In this document: piece by piece, positions 9,658 through 17,900 of the stretch
Layout of the letters: each line of letters begins with the position of its first letter
Position numbering within the stretch: the first letter of the stretch is position 1
From: Bdellovibrionales bacterium
GTDB lineage: Bacteria; Bdellovibrionota; Bdellovibrionia; Bdellovibrionales; JAGQZY01
Assembly: GCA_964230645.1 (NCBI GenBank)
Contig: CAXRHT010000002.1
Location: 832,001 to 896,000 of the forward strand
Reading direction: 5' to 3'
DNA length: 64,000 nt
Position numbers and translations under genes: made by a program
The notes under the pieces: generated by a model
Databases searched by the model: none
Told to the model about the DNA's origin: nothing
Seen by the model: the letters and a program-made list of their open reading frames with translations, nothing else

Positions 9658-10791
9658 ATGATTCGTTTTATCCTTACTTTTTTTCTGCTTACGGCTCTTC
9701 TAGGCTGTGCTGACAAAGAAAAAAACAAACCTCGCTCCAAAGAGTGGGCCAACCAAATGCAAAAAACCGCACAGTCGTTTAAAAATCTTGTGCCAGAACT
9801 TTACAGCGAGGAAAGGTTCACAGATAAAAAAAATGCGCCTCTGGTACTCAAAAAAATAAAAAACTACCGAGATAATATTCACGATATTAAAAAGGGAGTC
9901 GCTATTAAACTGCTCGGTGAAGACCCCTATGTGTTAAAAAGTGTGCGAACATTAGAGGATCTTGCCGACAGGGCTCTACGCCTCTACAAAAGAGGAGACC
10001 GAGACAACTCGCGCATCCTTCTAAAGGCAACCACCAATACCTGCTTTAAATGCCACACGAGGCAAAATCTTGGTCCAAAATCTTTGTCTTGGAGTGGATT
10101 TGATCCTGACTCTCACTCGATCAATCCCTTTGAGAAAGCCCAAATGTTTGTGGCTCTTAGGCAGTACGATAAGGCTCAAAAAAACCTAGTCGAGTTTCTT
10201 GAGGAAAAGGAAGCCAAAAAGAGCTTTTCCATGACCTATGACGACGCCCTTACTTACTATCTGATGATATCCTTAAGGGGAGATTCCGATTACTCGAAGA
10301 CTCGTAGATTTCTAAAAGATCGAATTCATTCTACGAAGCTCCCCACCCGCCTGCACTACAAAATCAAGAATTGGGACCAAGACTTAGCCGCTTATGAAAA
10401 GAAAGATTTACCGACTGGAATTCTGGGTGCTAAGGAGGTTTTAAAAAGAAACCGTGAAGCTCATAGTGATAAAAACCTGGTCAATGACCTGATCGCTAGC
10501 CAAATTCTGCACCAGTATTTAATGACAAAACCTATTGGCTCATCCCAAGCCAAGGCTTACTACCTTTTAGGGAAAACCTACGAGGATATCGTTACAGCTG
10601 GTTACTGGAATTTACCTGAGCTCTATTTTGAGCTTTGTATTGACCAGGTCCCGCACTCTAAGCTGGCCCAAAGCTGCTACAAAAGATACCGTGAAAACAT
10701 CGTTCTCGGTTACTCTGGAAGCTCCGGCACCCTCATTCCAGAGGATGAGTACCGCAGACTTAAAACTCTCCGGGAAAAGGCGGCAAACTAA
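9658..10791 (+). CDS. Lipoprotein with a single CxxCH heme-binding motif (putative c-type cytochrome)
   Basis: Lipobox LLGC; CFKCH motif; helical, TPR-like C-terminal part. Confidence 0.6.
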   Translation: MIRFILTFFLLTALLGCADKEKNKPRSKEWANQMQKTAQSFKNLVPELYSEERFTDKKNAPLVLKKIKNYRDNIHDIKKGVAIKLLGEDPYVLKSVRTLEDLADRALRLYKRGDRDNSRILLKATTNTCFKCHTRQNLGPKSLSWSGFDPDSHSINPFEKAQMFVALRQYDKAQKNLVEFLEEKEAKKSFSMTYDDALTYYLMISLRGDSDYSKTRRFLKDRIHSTKLPTRLHYKIKNWDQDLAAYEKKDLPTGILGAKEVLKRNREAHSDKNLVNDLIASQILHQYLMTKPIGSSQAKAYYLLGKTYEDIVTAGYWNLPELYFELCIDQVPHSKLAQSCYKRYRENIVLGYSGSSGTLIPEDEYRRLKTLREKAAN

Positions 10792-10912
10792 GTCTCTTTG
10801 GGTTGCCTCAGAATAGTTCTCTCCAGATCAAGTGAGTTTGATCTAGCCTATTTTTGTTCAAGATATCTTGAACTTTACTAGGTTTTACATTATTCTATGT
10901 TTGGAGGTTTCA

Positions 10913-11320
10913 ATGGCAGCCCGTCAAATATCAAAATTAAGTGTTTACTACGATAGTCTTTGTCCCGTCTGTGACCATGAGATCAATTTCTATAAAAAGA
11001 AAAAGGGGGCGGAAAGAATCCGCTTTGTTGACATCGCTTCCCCCGAGTTCAACGCTCGGGCTGAAGGGTTGGACCCTAAATCCGTACAAAAAGAATTCCA
11101 TGTCAAAAACCAAGCCGGAAAGCTTTTTACCGGCGTAGACGCTTTCGTAGAAATTTGGAAGGAGCTTGGCATCTTCGGAAGAATGGAAAAGGTCTTAAAC
11201 CAGAAAGCCTTAAGACCCATTGTTGACCTTGGCTATCGAGGCTTTGCCTATATCAGACCGTGGCTCAGGAAAGAAGCTCCCCAATGTGAGGGAAATGTCT
11301 GCCGTACAAAGATACCTTAA
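10913..11320 (+). CDS. DCC1-like thiol-disulfide oxidoreductase (DUF393)
   Basis: YYDSLCPVC (DxxCxxC), IRFVDIA, TGVDAF motifs; GGAGG RBS before ATG 10913. Confidence 0.85.
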   Translation: MAARQISKLSVYYDSLCPVCDHEINFYKKKKGAERIRFVDIASPEFNARAEGLDPKSVQKEFHVKNQAGKLFTGVDAFVEIWKELGIFGRMEKVLNQKALRPIVDLGYRGFAYIRPWLRKEAPQCEGNVCRTKIP

Positions 11321-11506
11321 AACCGGCTCTTTTGAGTACATCTGCTCTTTTTACCATCAATAGAATGAGGCGAAGGCTATTAGAGAATCGATGAGTCTGT
11401 AAAACCTAAAAAGAGATCAAAAAATTTTTCAATTCAATAAAACATTATTCCCGTATGTGTGGATTGGTGAGATACCCGGGCTCTCATTAAACCTTAAGGA
11501 GAAATA

Positions 11507-11980
11507 ATGAAAACGATATTAGCAACTCTTTGCTTATGTTTATATGCCACTGGTGCTTTTGCCAACGACGGTGGAATGGCCTACATCGACGTTCAAGGTG
11601 TAAACCCTAAAGAAAAAGCCCAAGATGGAACGACGATTGAATTTTACGGAAAAGACGCGGCTAACTTTATGCGCTTACTTCCAGGCTACTCTAGCGTTGA
11701 GTACAGCATGCTTCCAGAGAATGTTTCTAAACTTCTTCAAGACAACGAGCGTGGAGTGGCGTTGATCAGTAACGGATGGACTCTTATGTTTAACTGTCGT
11801 GCCGGAAAAATTGAGTACAATGGCGACTACAGTAACCCTAATAACGGTCAGTTTGTTAGCCAAGAGCCTTCTTGTACTATTTCCCTCAATAAAAACCATG
11901 ATCCTGAGTGGAAATACGAGCAACTTGGTGATGCTTTCGAAATGGAGCCAAAAAACTATTCAAACATGTGTCAACAATAA
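11507..11980 (+). CDS. Hypothetical secreted protein
   Basis: AAGGAG RBS, signal peptide ending AFA; no family recognised. Confidence 0.75.
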   Translation: MKTILATLCLCLYATGAFANDGGMAYIDVQGVNPKEKAQDGTTIEFYGKDAANFMRLLPGYSSVEYSMLPENVSKLLQDNERGVALISNGWTLMFNCRAGKIEYNGDYSNPNNGQFVSQEPSCTISLNKNHDPEWKYEQLGDAFEMEPKNYSNMCQQ

Positions 11981-12004
11981 GCTGACAGTGATTATAAATT
12001 CTGT

Positions 12005-12319
12005 TTGAATAAAACAATGCAAAGTTTAATTCAAAGTAAAAAAGGGTTAACTCTTATAGTGTTGACCCTTTTTTTTGCTCTCTCCTACTTCTCAAATTAC
12101 AACTTGATCAGCCCCTATGAGATGAATTTCGATATCGCCACAATGCTCACTCCCTACGGCATTTCAAAGCATTATCTATTGCAAGACACTTACCTTACAA
12201 AATTCTTCGGAGAATCCACCCTGAGAGAGTCTGCCTTTAGCCGACTTTCATTCACGATAACTTTTGTTCTACTCCACCTTATGACGTGGACTCTGATCTT
12301 AAGGCTAAGAAAAAAATGA
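12005..12319 (+). CDS. Hypothetical membrane protein (start uncertain)
   Basis: Two hydrophobic segments; its stop overlaps the next start (ATGA at 12316-12319). Confidence 0.5.
   Translation: MNKTMQSLIQSKKGLTLIVLTLFFALSYFSNYNLISPYEMNFDIATMLTPYGISKHYLLQDTYLTKFFGESTLRESAFSRLSFTITFVLLHLMTWTLILRLRKK
12038..12076 (+). terminator. Terminator-like hairpin downstream of 11507..11980
   Basis: AAAAAAGGGTTAAC...GTTGACCCTTTTTTTT with a U-tract. Confidence 0.6.
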
Positions 12320-12672
12320 CCTGGGCCTCTTACTCCTATATTTTTCTACAATCAAACTTTTTAGAGATCCCCTTATACCTATATTTCTATCACCAATTCC
12401 TAAAAACCCGCTACAGCCTCACCGACCAAGTTTTACTAGTCACTCTCAGCAACCTCATCACTCATCCCATAGTCTTCTTCATAATAATGGCCCTTCCCTT
12501 TTCATTCTTAACAAATATCCTACTCGCTGAGTCCTTCGCAATATTAGGTGAATATCTCATCCACCGAAAACTCCTAAATCTCCCTAAAAAAACCGTTCTA
12601 AAAGCCTCAATCACCTCCAACCTATTCTCCTGGCAGCTAGCCCCCATCCTGACCTACGCGATATTCTACTAA
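12316..12672 (+). CDS. Hypothetical membrane protein
   Basis: Hydrophobic ORF with E-x-P...N-x-x-THP...AE...E...SN pattern. Confidence 0.7.
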   Translation: MTWASYSYIFLQSNFLEIPLYLYFYHQFLKTRYSLTDQVLLVTLSNLITHPIVFFIIMALPFSFLTNILLAESFAILGEYLIHRKLLNLPKKTVLKASITSNLFSWQLAPILTYAIFY

Positions 12673-12894
12673 ATGTACAAATCAACCACCGCTAGTTCGT
12701 GGTTCGTAGAAATATTTAAAAGCTTGTGGTGTAGGTTCGAGCAACGAGCGCTGCGTATCTTGCAAGGTAGCACGCAGTGATACCTTGCGGGAGACGAAGT
12801 GCACCCGAGTGCGTGCCTGCACCACAAGCTTTTAAATATTTCTACGAACCACGAACTAGCGGTGGCCCCGGCCTCAAAATTTTACAGGATACTG
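12671..12894 (+). repeat. Structured dispersed element copy A (long rod-like hairpin; candidate ncRNA or MITE/REP-like element)
   Basis: Perfect 46-bp arms 12686-12731/12820-12865 around an 88-nt core (12732-12819) that is 71/88 identical, without gaps, to the core at 25808-25895. Confidence 0.88.
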
Positions 12895-12980
12895 CATTTT
12901 CAGTTGTCAAAACTTTAGACAGCGTAATTTGTTAATTTCCCTTGAGAATTTAAAACCTTCGATCTGAGCTCGGTTCTTTT

Positions 12981-12996
12981 TGGAACAGCCCTTGCA
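12981..12996 (+). promoter_or_regulatory. Sigma-54 (-24/-12) promoter
   Basis: TGGAAC-AGCCC-TTGCA, GG-N10-GC spacing, upstream of 13036..13440. Confidence 0.6.
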
Positions 12997-13035
12997 ATTT
13001 AATTGGGTGGAAACTTAATGGAGGACATAGAAATT

Positions 13036-13440
13036 ATGGACCACAATCCTTTTGTAACGAGAAATAACGATCTGTTTATTACCTACTTCAGCGGTGTTGG
13101 GACCATGGTTATCAATCAATATGTTTTAGATTTAAGTGTTCAAGCACAGTTCCTTATGGTCTTGTCCCTGGGTTTTATGGCAGGCCTTTTTATGAACTAT
13201 TTTTATCAATCTCTTGAGTGGGCCTTGTTTTTTGCTCTCGGCATTCAAACAGTCACACTCGGACCGGTTGTTTTAAATGTTGCCACTGGCGAAGGAAGCT
13301 TCGCCACTCTAATCAGAATCGCTTTTGAATCTGGGCACTATACGGGCTTTCTACTCACCTCTTGGATCATTGCTATTCCACTTGGTTTTATGCTGCAAAA
13401 GCTCATCATGAGTGATTATTACCGACGAACTCTTTTCTAA
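13036..13440 (+). CDS. Hypothetical membrane protein
   Basis: About 4 hydrophobic segments; GGAGGA RBS before ATG 13036 (13018 is an alternative start). Confidence 0.65.
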   Translation: MDHNPFVTRNNDLFITYFSGVGTMVINQYVLDLSVQAQFLMVLSLGFMAGLFMNYFYQSLEWALFFALGIQTVTLGPVVLNVATGEGSFATLIRIAFESGHYTGFLLTSWIIAIPLGFMLQKLIMSDYYRRTLF

Positions 13441-13570
13441 GAGAGGCTACTAATTCATTTAAAGCCTTGAATACTGTCTCATATCAAGACGACTGTCGGC
13501 CGTATATTGTCGCCGGTGACTTTCCTCGTCCCACAAAATTCTTCCTAATGGCGTTATTTTTTATTTGAGC

Positions 13571-13586
13571 TGGCATTAGCCTTGCT
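13571..13586 (+). promoter_or_regulatory. Sigma-54 (-24/-12) promoter
   Basis: TGGCAT-TAGCC-TTGCT, GG-N10-GC spacing, upstream of 13614..14024. Confidence 0.6.
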
Positions 13587-13613
13587 CCTTATAAGGGTGT
13601 GAAAGGCACCAAT

Positions 13614-14024
13614 ATGTATAATAAAAACAAAGATCTTATTCTACTTAGTTTTTTTGGCTTTATTTACTACGCCATCGTCGTGGGAATGAACGGTCACTTA
13701 ACCAAGGTTCCACTTGGAGAGTACTTCCTCGTTCCTTTTCTAACCTCTATATTTTTAGGGATGTCGATTTCAAGATCAAGTCAGATGCTAGAATGGCCTC
13801 TATGTTTTCTCTTTGGAGGAACTATAGGTTCTATGACGATCATGTTTGTTTTAAGTCTACTAGGAATGAACTTTAATCTTATGACTGTGGCCTACACAAT
13901 CAGTAACACCTTTGCTTGGTTTGGTGTGGTTTCAGCCATGATTCTTATAGGAATTCTAATCGGCGCTTTTTTAAAGGCCAGTTACAATCTTGTGCTTGGC
14001 TCTCTTCGCATGAACTTTGACTAA
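13614..14024 (+). CDS. Hypothetical membrane protein
   Basis: About 4 hydrophobic segments; size and LEW motif similar to the upstream gene. Confidence 0.65.
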   Translation: MYNKNKDLILLSFFGFIYYAIVVGMNGHLTKVPLGEYFLVPFLTSIFLGMSISRSSQMLEWPLCFLFGGTIGSMTIMFVLSLLGMNFNLMTVAYTISNTFAWFGVVSAMILIGILIGAFLKASYNLVLGSLRMNFD

Positions 14025-15379
14025 AGACCGTCTAATTCTTTTTTTCTAAAACGATAGAATAAAAGAATGTAAACCAAACAGCTTGCAAAGTTTGATGAAA
14101 ACAAAGCATACATCGCGGAATTCTCGATACTGAGAGCTTCGAATATCAGATAGAACAATACAAAGAGAACAAAGGTTCTTAGTGCTATCGGGAGCATGCC
14201 CCAAAGAGGTTTCCCAACAGCATTGAAGCTTGCCGAAATCACAATGACAAAAGAATAACCCACAAGAGACCACCCTACCCATTTCAAGTAGAAAATCGAA
14301 TATTCAATGGCTGTTTGGTCATCGGTAAAGAGGTGACTAATCTCTTCACCAAAAAGGAAAAGAATAAGCCCCTGCAAAACACCAACGAGAAGGCAAAAAA
14401 CAGTAGAAAACTGCAAGATTGAAATAAGACGCTGCTTTTTCTTGCGCCCAAAATTCTGACCCACCATCGGCCCTAGCCCCGCAGAAAGAGCTAAAACAGG
14501 GAGCATGGCAAAAGTTTGCACTTTTGAAGCGATACCGAATCCTGCTACAAATTTCGTTGATTCTAGTGCAATGAGGTAATTAAACAAAGTTAAGGACAAG
14601 GGATTCAAGGCATTGCCGAAAGCGGCGGGTATCCCAATTTTAAAAATATCTGAAACAGCACTAATGGGAAAAAGTTTAAATACTTTGCCTAAATCAATAA
14701 AGCGAAACTTAAGAGCAAAAACAATCTCAACAGCCATGGCTATAAAATTAGCGAGCAAGGTTGCAAGCCCGGCGCCGGCAATACCTAATTCAGGAAAACC
14801 ATACCAACCAAAAATCAGAAAAGGATCTAGGATAAAGTTAAGGCCGGCTGTGGTCAGTATGGCAAAACTCGGGACCTTGGTGATTCCATGGGCTTTAAAA
14901 GTTCCTGAAAGACACACAGAGATCATGCGAAAGCCCATTGCCGGATAGGCCCACACCATATAGTCTTTTATAAATGGAAGGCTTTCTTCCCCGGCTCCTA
15001 AAAGTCGAAAAAGAGGATAAACACTAAGAGCACCTAAAAGTGAAACAAGGCTGGCTATAAGAACCACTAAAGTGAAAGTCTGAGTTCCAATGCTTCGCAC
15101 TTTTTCTACTTCATTTTGACCAAGGAGTCTTGAGAGTACGGATGTAAGCCCGATACTAAGCCCTATAGAGAGATTCAATAGAGTCAAGACCACAGGAAAT
15201 GAAAAGGAAATCGCTGTTAACTGCTCAACACCCAATTGACCAATGAAATAAGTATCAACAAGGTTAAAGGACATATTGGCTAGAATCCCAATGAACATAG
15301 GCCAACAGAGTCGTAGTAAATCTTTTGTAATTGAGCCTTGAGTGAGATCGAAGCTGGCCGAACTTTCTTTAACCGCCAA
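14021..15379 (-). CDS. MATE family efflux transporter
   Basis: DLTQGSI...NLVDTYFIGQLG, NFILDPFLIFG...LGIAGAGLAT, VGQNFG motifs. Confidence 0.93.
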   Translation of the reverse strand: MAVKESSASFDLTQGSITKDLLRLCWPMFIGILANMSFNLVDTYFIGQLGVEQLTAISFSFPVVLTLLNLSIGLSIGLTSVLSRLLGQNEVEKVRSIGTQTFTLVVLIASLVSLLGALSVYPLFRLLGAGEESLPFIKDYMVWAYPAMGFRMISVCLSGTFKAHGITKVPSFAILTTAGLNFILDPFLIFGWYGFPELGIAGAGLATLLANFIAMAVEIVFALKFRFIDLGKVFKLFPISAVSDIFKIGIPAAFGNALNPLSLTLFNYLIALESTKFVAGFGIASKVQTFAMLPVLALSAGLGPMVGQNFGRKKKQRLISILQFSTVFCLLVGVLQGLILFLFGEEISHLFTDDQTAIEYSIFYLKWVGWSLVGYSFVIVISASFNAVGKPLWGMLPIALRTFVLFVLFYLIFEALSIENSAMYALFSSNFASCLVYILLFYRFRKKELDGL

Positions 15380-15381
15380 TT

Positions 15382-15768
15382 TTAGTCTTGCCCGTCTTTG
15401 ATTTGTTGTTGCCTCATAGGCATAGAGTCTATTTCTGCAAAAACTTTTTTTAATTCAACCGGCTTATTATAGGTGGCCTTGATACCGCCATCTTTTCCAA
15501 TAAGGTGGGCTTTAAACTCACCGGCCTTGAATTTGAAATCCTGTGCTTCATCCTCGCAGCCTTTTTCTTTAAAAACCAAAAGAAGGTCACGCTCTTTAGC
15601 TCCCCTCTCTTCCTTCTTAAACTTCTGTTTCTGGCTATTGAGGTCTTCGCTACTCGATTTTTGGTTCACGACAAGGACTCGATTTTTCCAAAGATATTTT
15701 TTCATAGAACAGGCCTGGCTATAAGAAGAGAGAAAAAAAGATAAGGTTATAATACTGATAATCTTCAT
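15382..15768 (-). CDS. DUF4174 family protein
   Basis: YLWKNRVLVV...ERDL...LIGKDGGIK...IDSMPMRQQQ. Confidence 0.85.
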   Translation of the reverse strand: MKIISIITLSFFLSSYSQACSMKKYLWKNRVLVVNQKSSSEDLNSQKQKFKKEERGAKERDLLLVFKEKGCEDEAQDFKFKAGEFKAHLIGKDGGIKATYNKPVELKKVFAEIDSMPMRQQQIKDGQD

Positions 15769-15873
15769 CGCGCCAGACTATCGCAAAAGGCAGCCAGGAG
15801 ACAAGGTTGAAGACTCTTTGGGAAGCTAGCTTCTTTATATTTGTAGAAAACTAAACAGTCCCATAGTGCCGAT

Positions 15874-16773
15874 TTAGAATTTATAAACCTCTTTAGCTGC
15901 CCTGTAGGTGTTGACATAGGCCTCTACGGAATCATCAATCGGATTGGAGTAGCCACCCCCAATTCCCATGGAGATCGGAATACCTAGTCGATGAAAGTAG
16001 GAGAAGACCATTTCGTCTCGTTTTTTAAGGCCCTCAAAACTGAGATCAAGGCGGCCAAGTTTATCTGTTTTCAATCCGTCCACTCCCGCTTGATAAAGCA
16101 CAATATCGGGATGGAAAGCCGCAAGCCGTGGCAGAGTTTCACTCAGTGCTTGCAAATATTGCTCATCATTACAGTGATCGGGCAATGGAACATCGAGATC
16201 ACTTTCATATTTTCTGAAGGGGAAGTTCTTTTCACCATGAAGACTAGCAACAAACACATTAGGATTGTTCCTTAATAAGGAAGCATTGCCATCTCCTTGG
16301 TGCACATCTAGATCAAGTATTGCCACCCGGTCCACAAGACCTTCTGCGAGCAATTTTATAGAAGCCACTGCAAAATCGTTAAATATACAGTAACCCATAC
16401 CGTAGTCATAGTGAGCATGATGGGTCCCTCCGGCGAGTTGTCCAGAAATACCATTATCAAGGGCTGATCGCGCTGAAGCTATGGCCCCACCGATGGTGGC
16501 TTGAGTGCGTTTAACTAAAAAGTGACTCCAGGGAAAACCAATGCGTTTCATCTTCTGGGACTTTAAAGTTCCGTTGAAAAAATCCTGAATGTACTCTTTG
16601 TTATGAACCAACCCAATCTCTTCAGGCGTGGCTAGAGGGGATTCAAAAAGCCATTCCGACTTTAACAGTTTCTCGCGAATCAGAGCTTCTCGAAGCTTTC
16701 CATATTTGTCGCCTGGGAAACGGTGTTTTTCAGGAAGAGGAATATTAAAGGTGTCAGGGTAATAAAACTTCAC
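15874..16773 (-). CDS. Histone deacetylase family protein
   Basis: HRFP, GGTHHA, GYCIFND, DLDVHQGDG, AGVD...DKLG, GGGY. Confidence 0.93.
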   Translation of the reverse strand: MKFYYPDTFNIPLPEKHRFPGDKYGKLREALIREKLLKSEWLFESPLATPEEIGLVHNKEYIQDFFNGTLKSQKMKRIGFPWSHFLVKRTQATIGGAIASARSALDNGISGQLAGGTHHAHYDYGMGYCIFNDFAVASIKLLAEGLVDRVAILDLDVHQGDGNASLLRNNPNVFVASLHGEKNFPFRKYESDLDVPLPDHCNDEQYLQALSETLPRLAAFHPDIVLYQAGVDGLKTDKLGRLDLSFEGLKKRDEMVFSYFHRLGIPISMGIGGGYSNPIDDSVEAYVNTYRAAKEVYKF

Positions 16774-16824
16774 GGCTTCTTTTAACTTACTTATCTAAGC
16801 TCTCCAAGAAACAATTGGCTACAG

Positions 16825-17271
16825 TTATTGAGACTTTACAAAGCTTGAGAGGTCGACGGTAAAATAAAAGCCTCCATCAGCAACCTCTTCAGGGTTATCA
16901 AAATAGAAATATGTTCTACTAGCCTTCGCTTTGGGGACTTTTCTTTTTACGACGACAGGTTTACCAGATCTGTTGGAGTGGATTTTAGTCACCTTCAAAA
17001 CTTTACCGTGAGGGTACTTTTTGTGCCAAATCAACTCTCGAAAGCTCTGCTTTTCTGAGTCCGCCGGCTTTTCAAGCTCTATCTGCCATCCATCCGCTTT
17101 TTTAATTTCGGAGAGAGTCACAAGGTAATTTTCATCTTGCTCTACCACCTTCACCTTTAGCAGGTGGCCTGCTTTCACCTTCGGAGTTACGCGGACGAAC
17201 TGACTAAACCGACACCAGCCTTGGCAAGATAGAAAAATTAAAATGGCAGAAAACATAAGACTCTTTTTCAT
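16825..17271 (-). CDS. Hypothetical secreted protein (paralog of 17395..17847)
   Basis: Signal-like N-terminus MKKSLMF; shares FSQFVRVTPKVK and DGGFYFTVDLSSFVK with its neighbour. Confidence 0.75.
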   Translation of the reverse strand: MKKSLMFSAILIFLSCQGWCRFSQFVRVTPKVKAGHLLKVKVVEQDENYLVTLSEIKKADGWQIELEKPADSEKQSFRELIWHKKYPHGKVLKVTKIHSNRSGKPVVVKRKVPKAKASRTYFYFDNPEEVADGGFYFTVDLSSFVKSQ

Positions 17272-17394
17272 AATTTTTTCTCGCTCACCCTTAATATATT
17301 GAAGGTACCAATGAGGTAAAAATACACGATCACTACTCGCTCGCTTTCCTATGATCACAAAGTTTCAACTATTCGCAGCCTTCGGCCTCTTGAG

Positions 17395-17847
17395 CTACTC
17401 AGGTTTTACAAAACTCGAAAGGTCCACTGTGAAATAAAACCCACCATCCATGATCATTGTAGGGTAATCAAAGTATAAATAAGTACTTTTAACCTTGGTT
17501 TTCGAAACCTTTATCTTCAGGACCTTGGTAGATCCTTTTTCGCTCGTCAATATTTCGCTCTTCTTAACAACCTTAGCGTAAGGATAATGATCGCTCCAAA
17601 TCAGTTCACGAAAATTTTGGTGATCGGGTGTGACAGACTTATCAAGTTCAATTTGCCAGCCGTTAGATTTCTTTATCTCAGATAGTGTAATGAGGTAATT
17701 ATCGCCCTGTTCTTCTACTCTAACCTTTAAAAGGTGGTCTGATTTAACTTTTGGAGTCACTCGGACAAACTGACTAAAAATTGCCCACCCACTACAAGAA
17801 AGTAACATTATGAAAATAAAAAAAAAGAGACTCTTTTTCACAAACAA
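17395..17847 (-). CDS. Hypothetical secreted protein (paralog of 16825..17271)
   Basis: Same conserved blocks as its neighbour. Confidence 0.75.
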   Translation of the reverse strand: MFVKKSLFFFIFIMLLSCSGWAIFSQFVRVTPKVKSDHLLKVRVEEQGDNYLITLSEIKKSNGWQIELDKSVTPDHQNFRELIWSDHYPYAKVVKKSEILTSEKGSTKVLKIKVSKTKVKSTYLYFDYPTMIMDGGFYFTVDLSSFVKPE

Positions 17848-17900
17848 TCCTATTATGAAGCCCGGTCGACCCTCCTCCTGGTATCGACCTTCGAAACGAT

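Noticed and set aside
12686..12865. Element A/B as 6S RNA
   Set aside because: Length is similar, but there is no large central bubble, the basal stems are perfect and unconserved, and there are two dispersed copies away from ygfA
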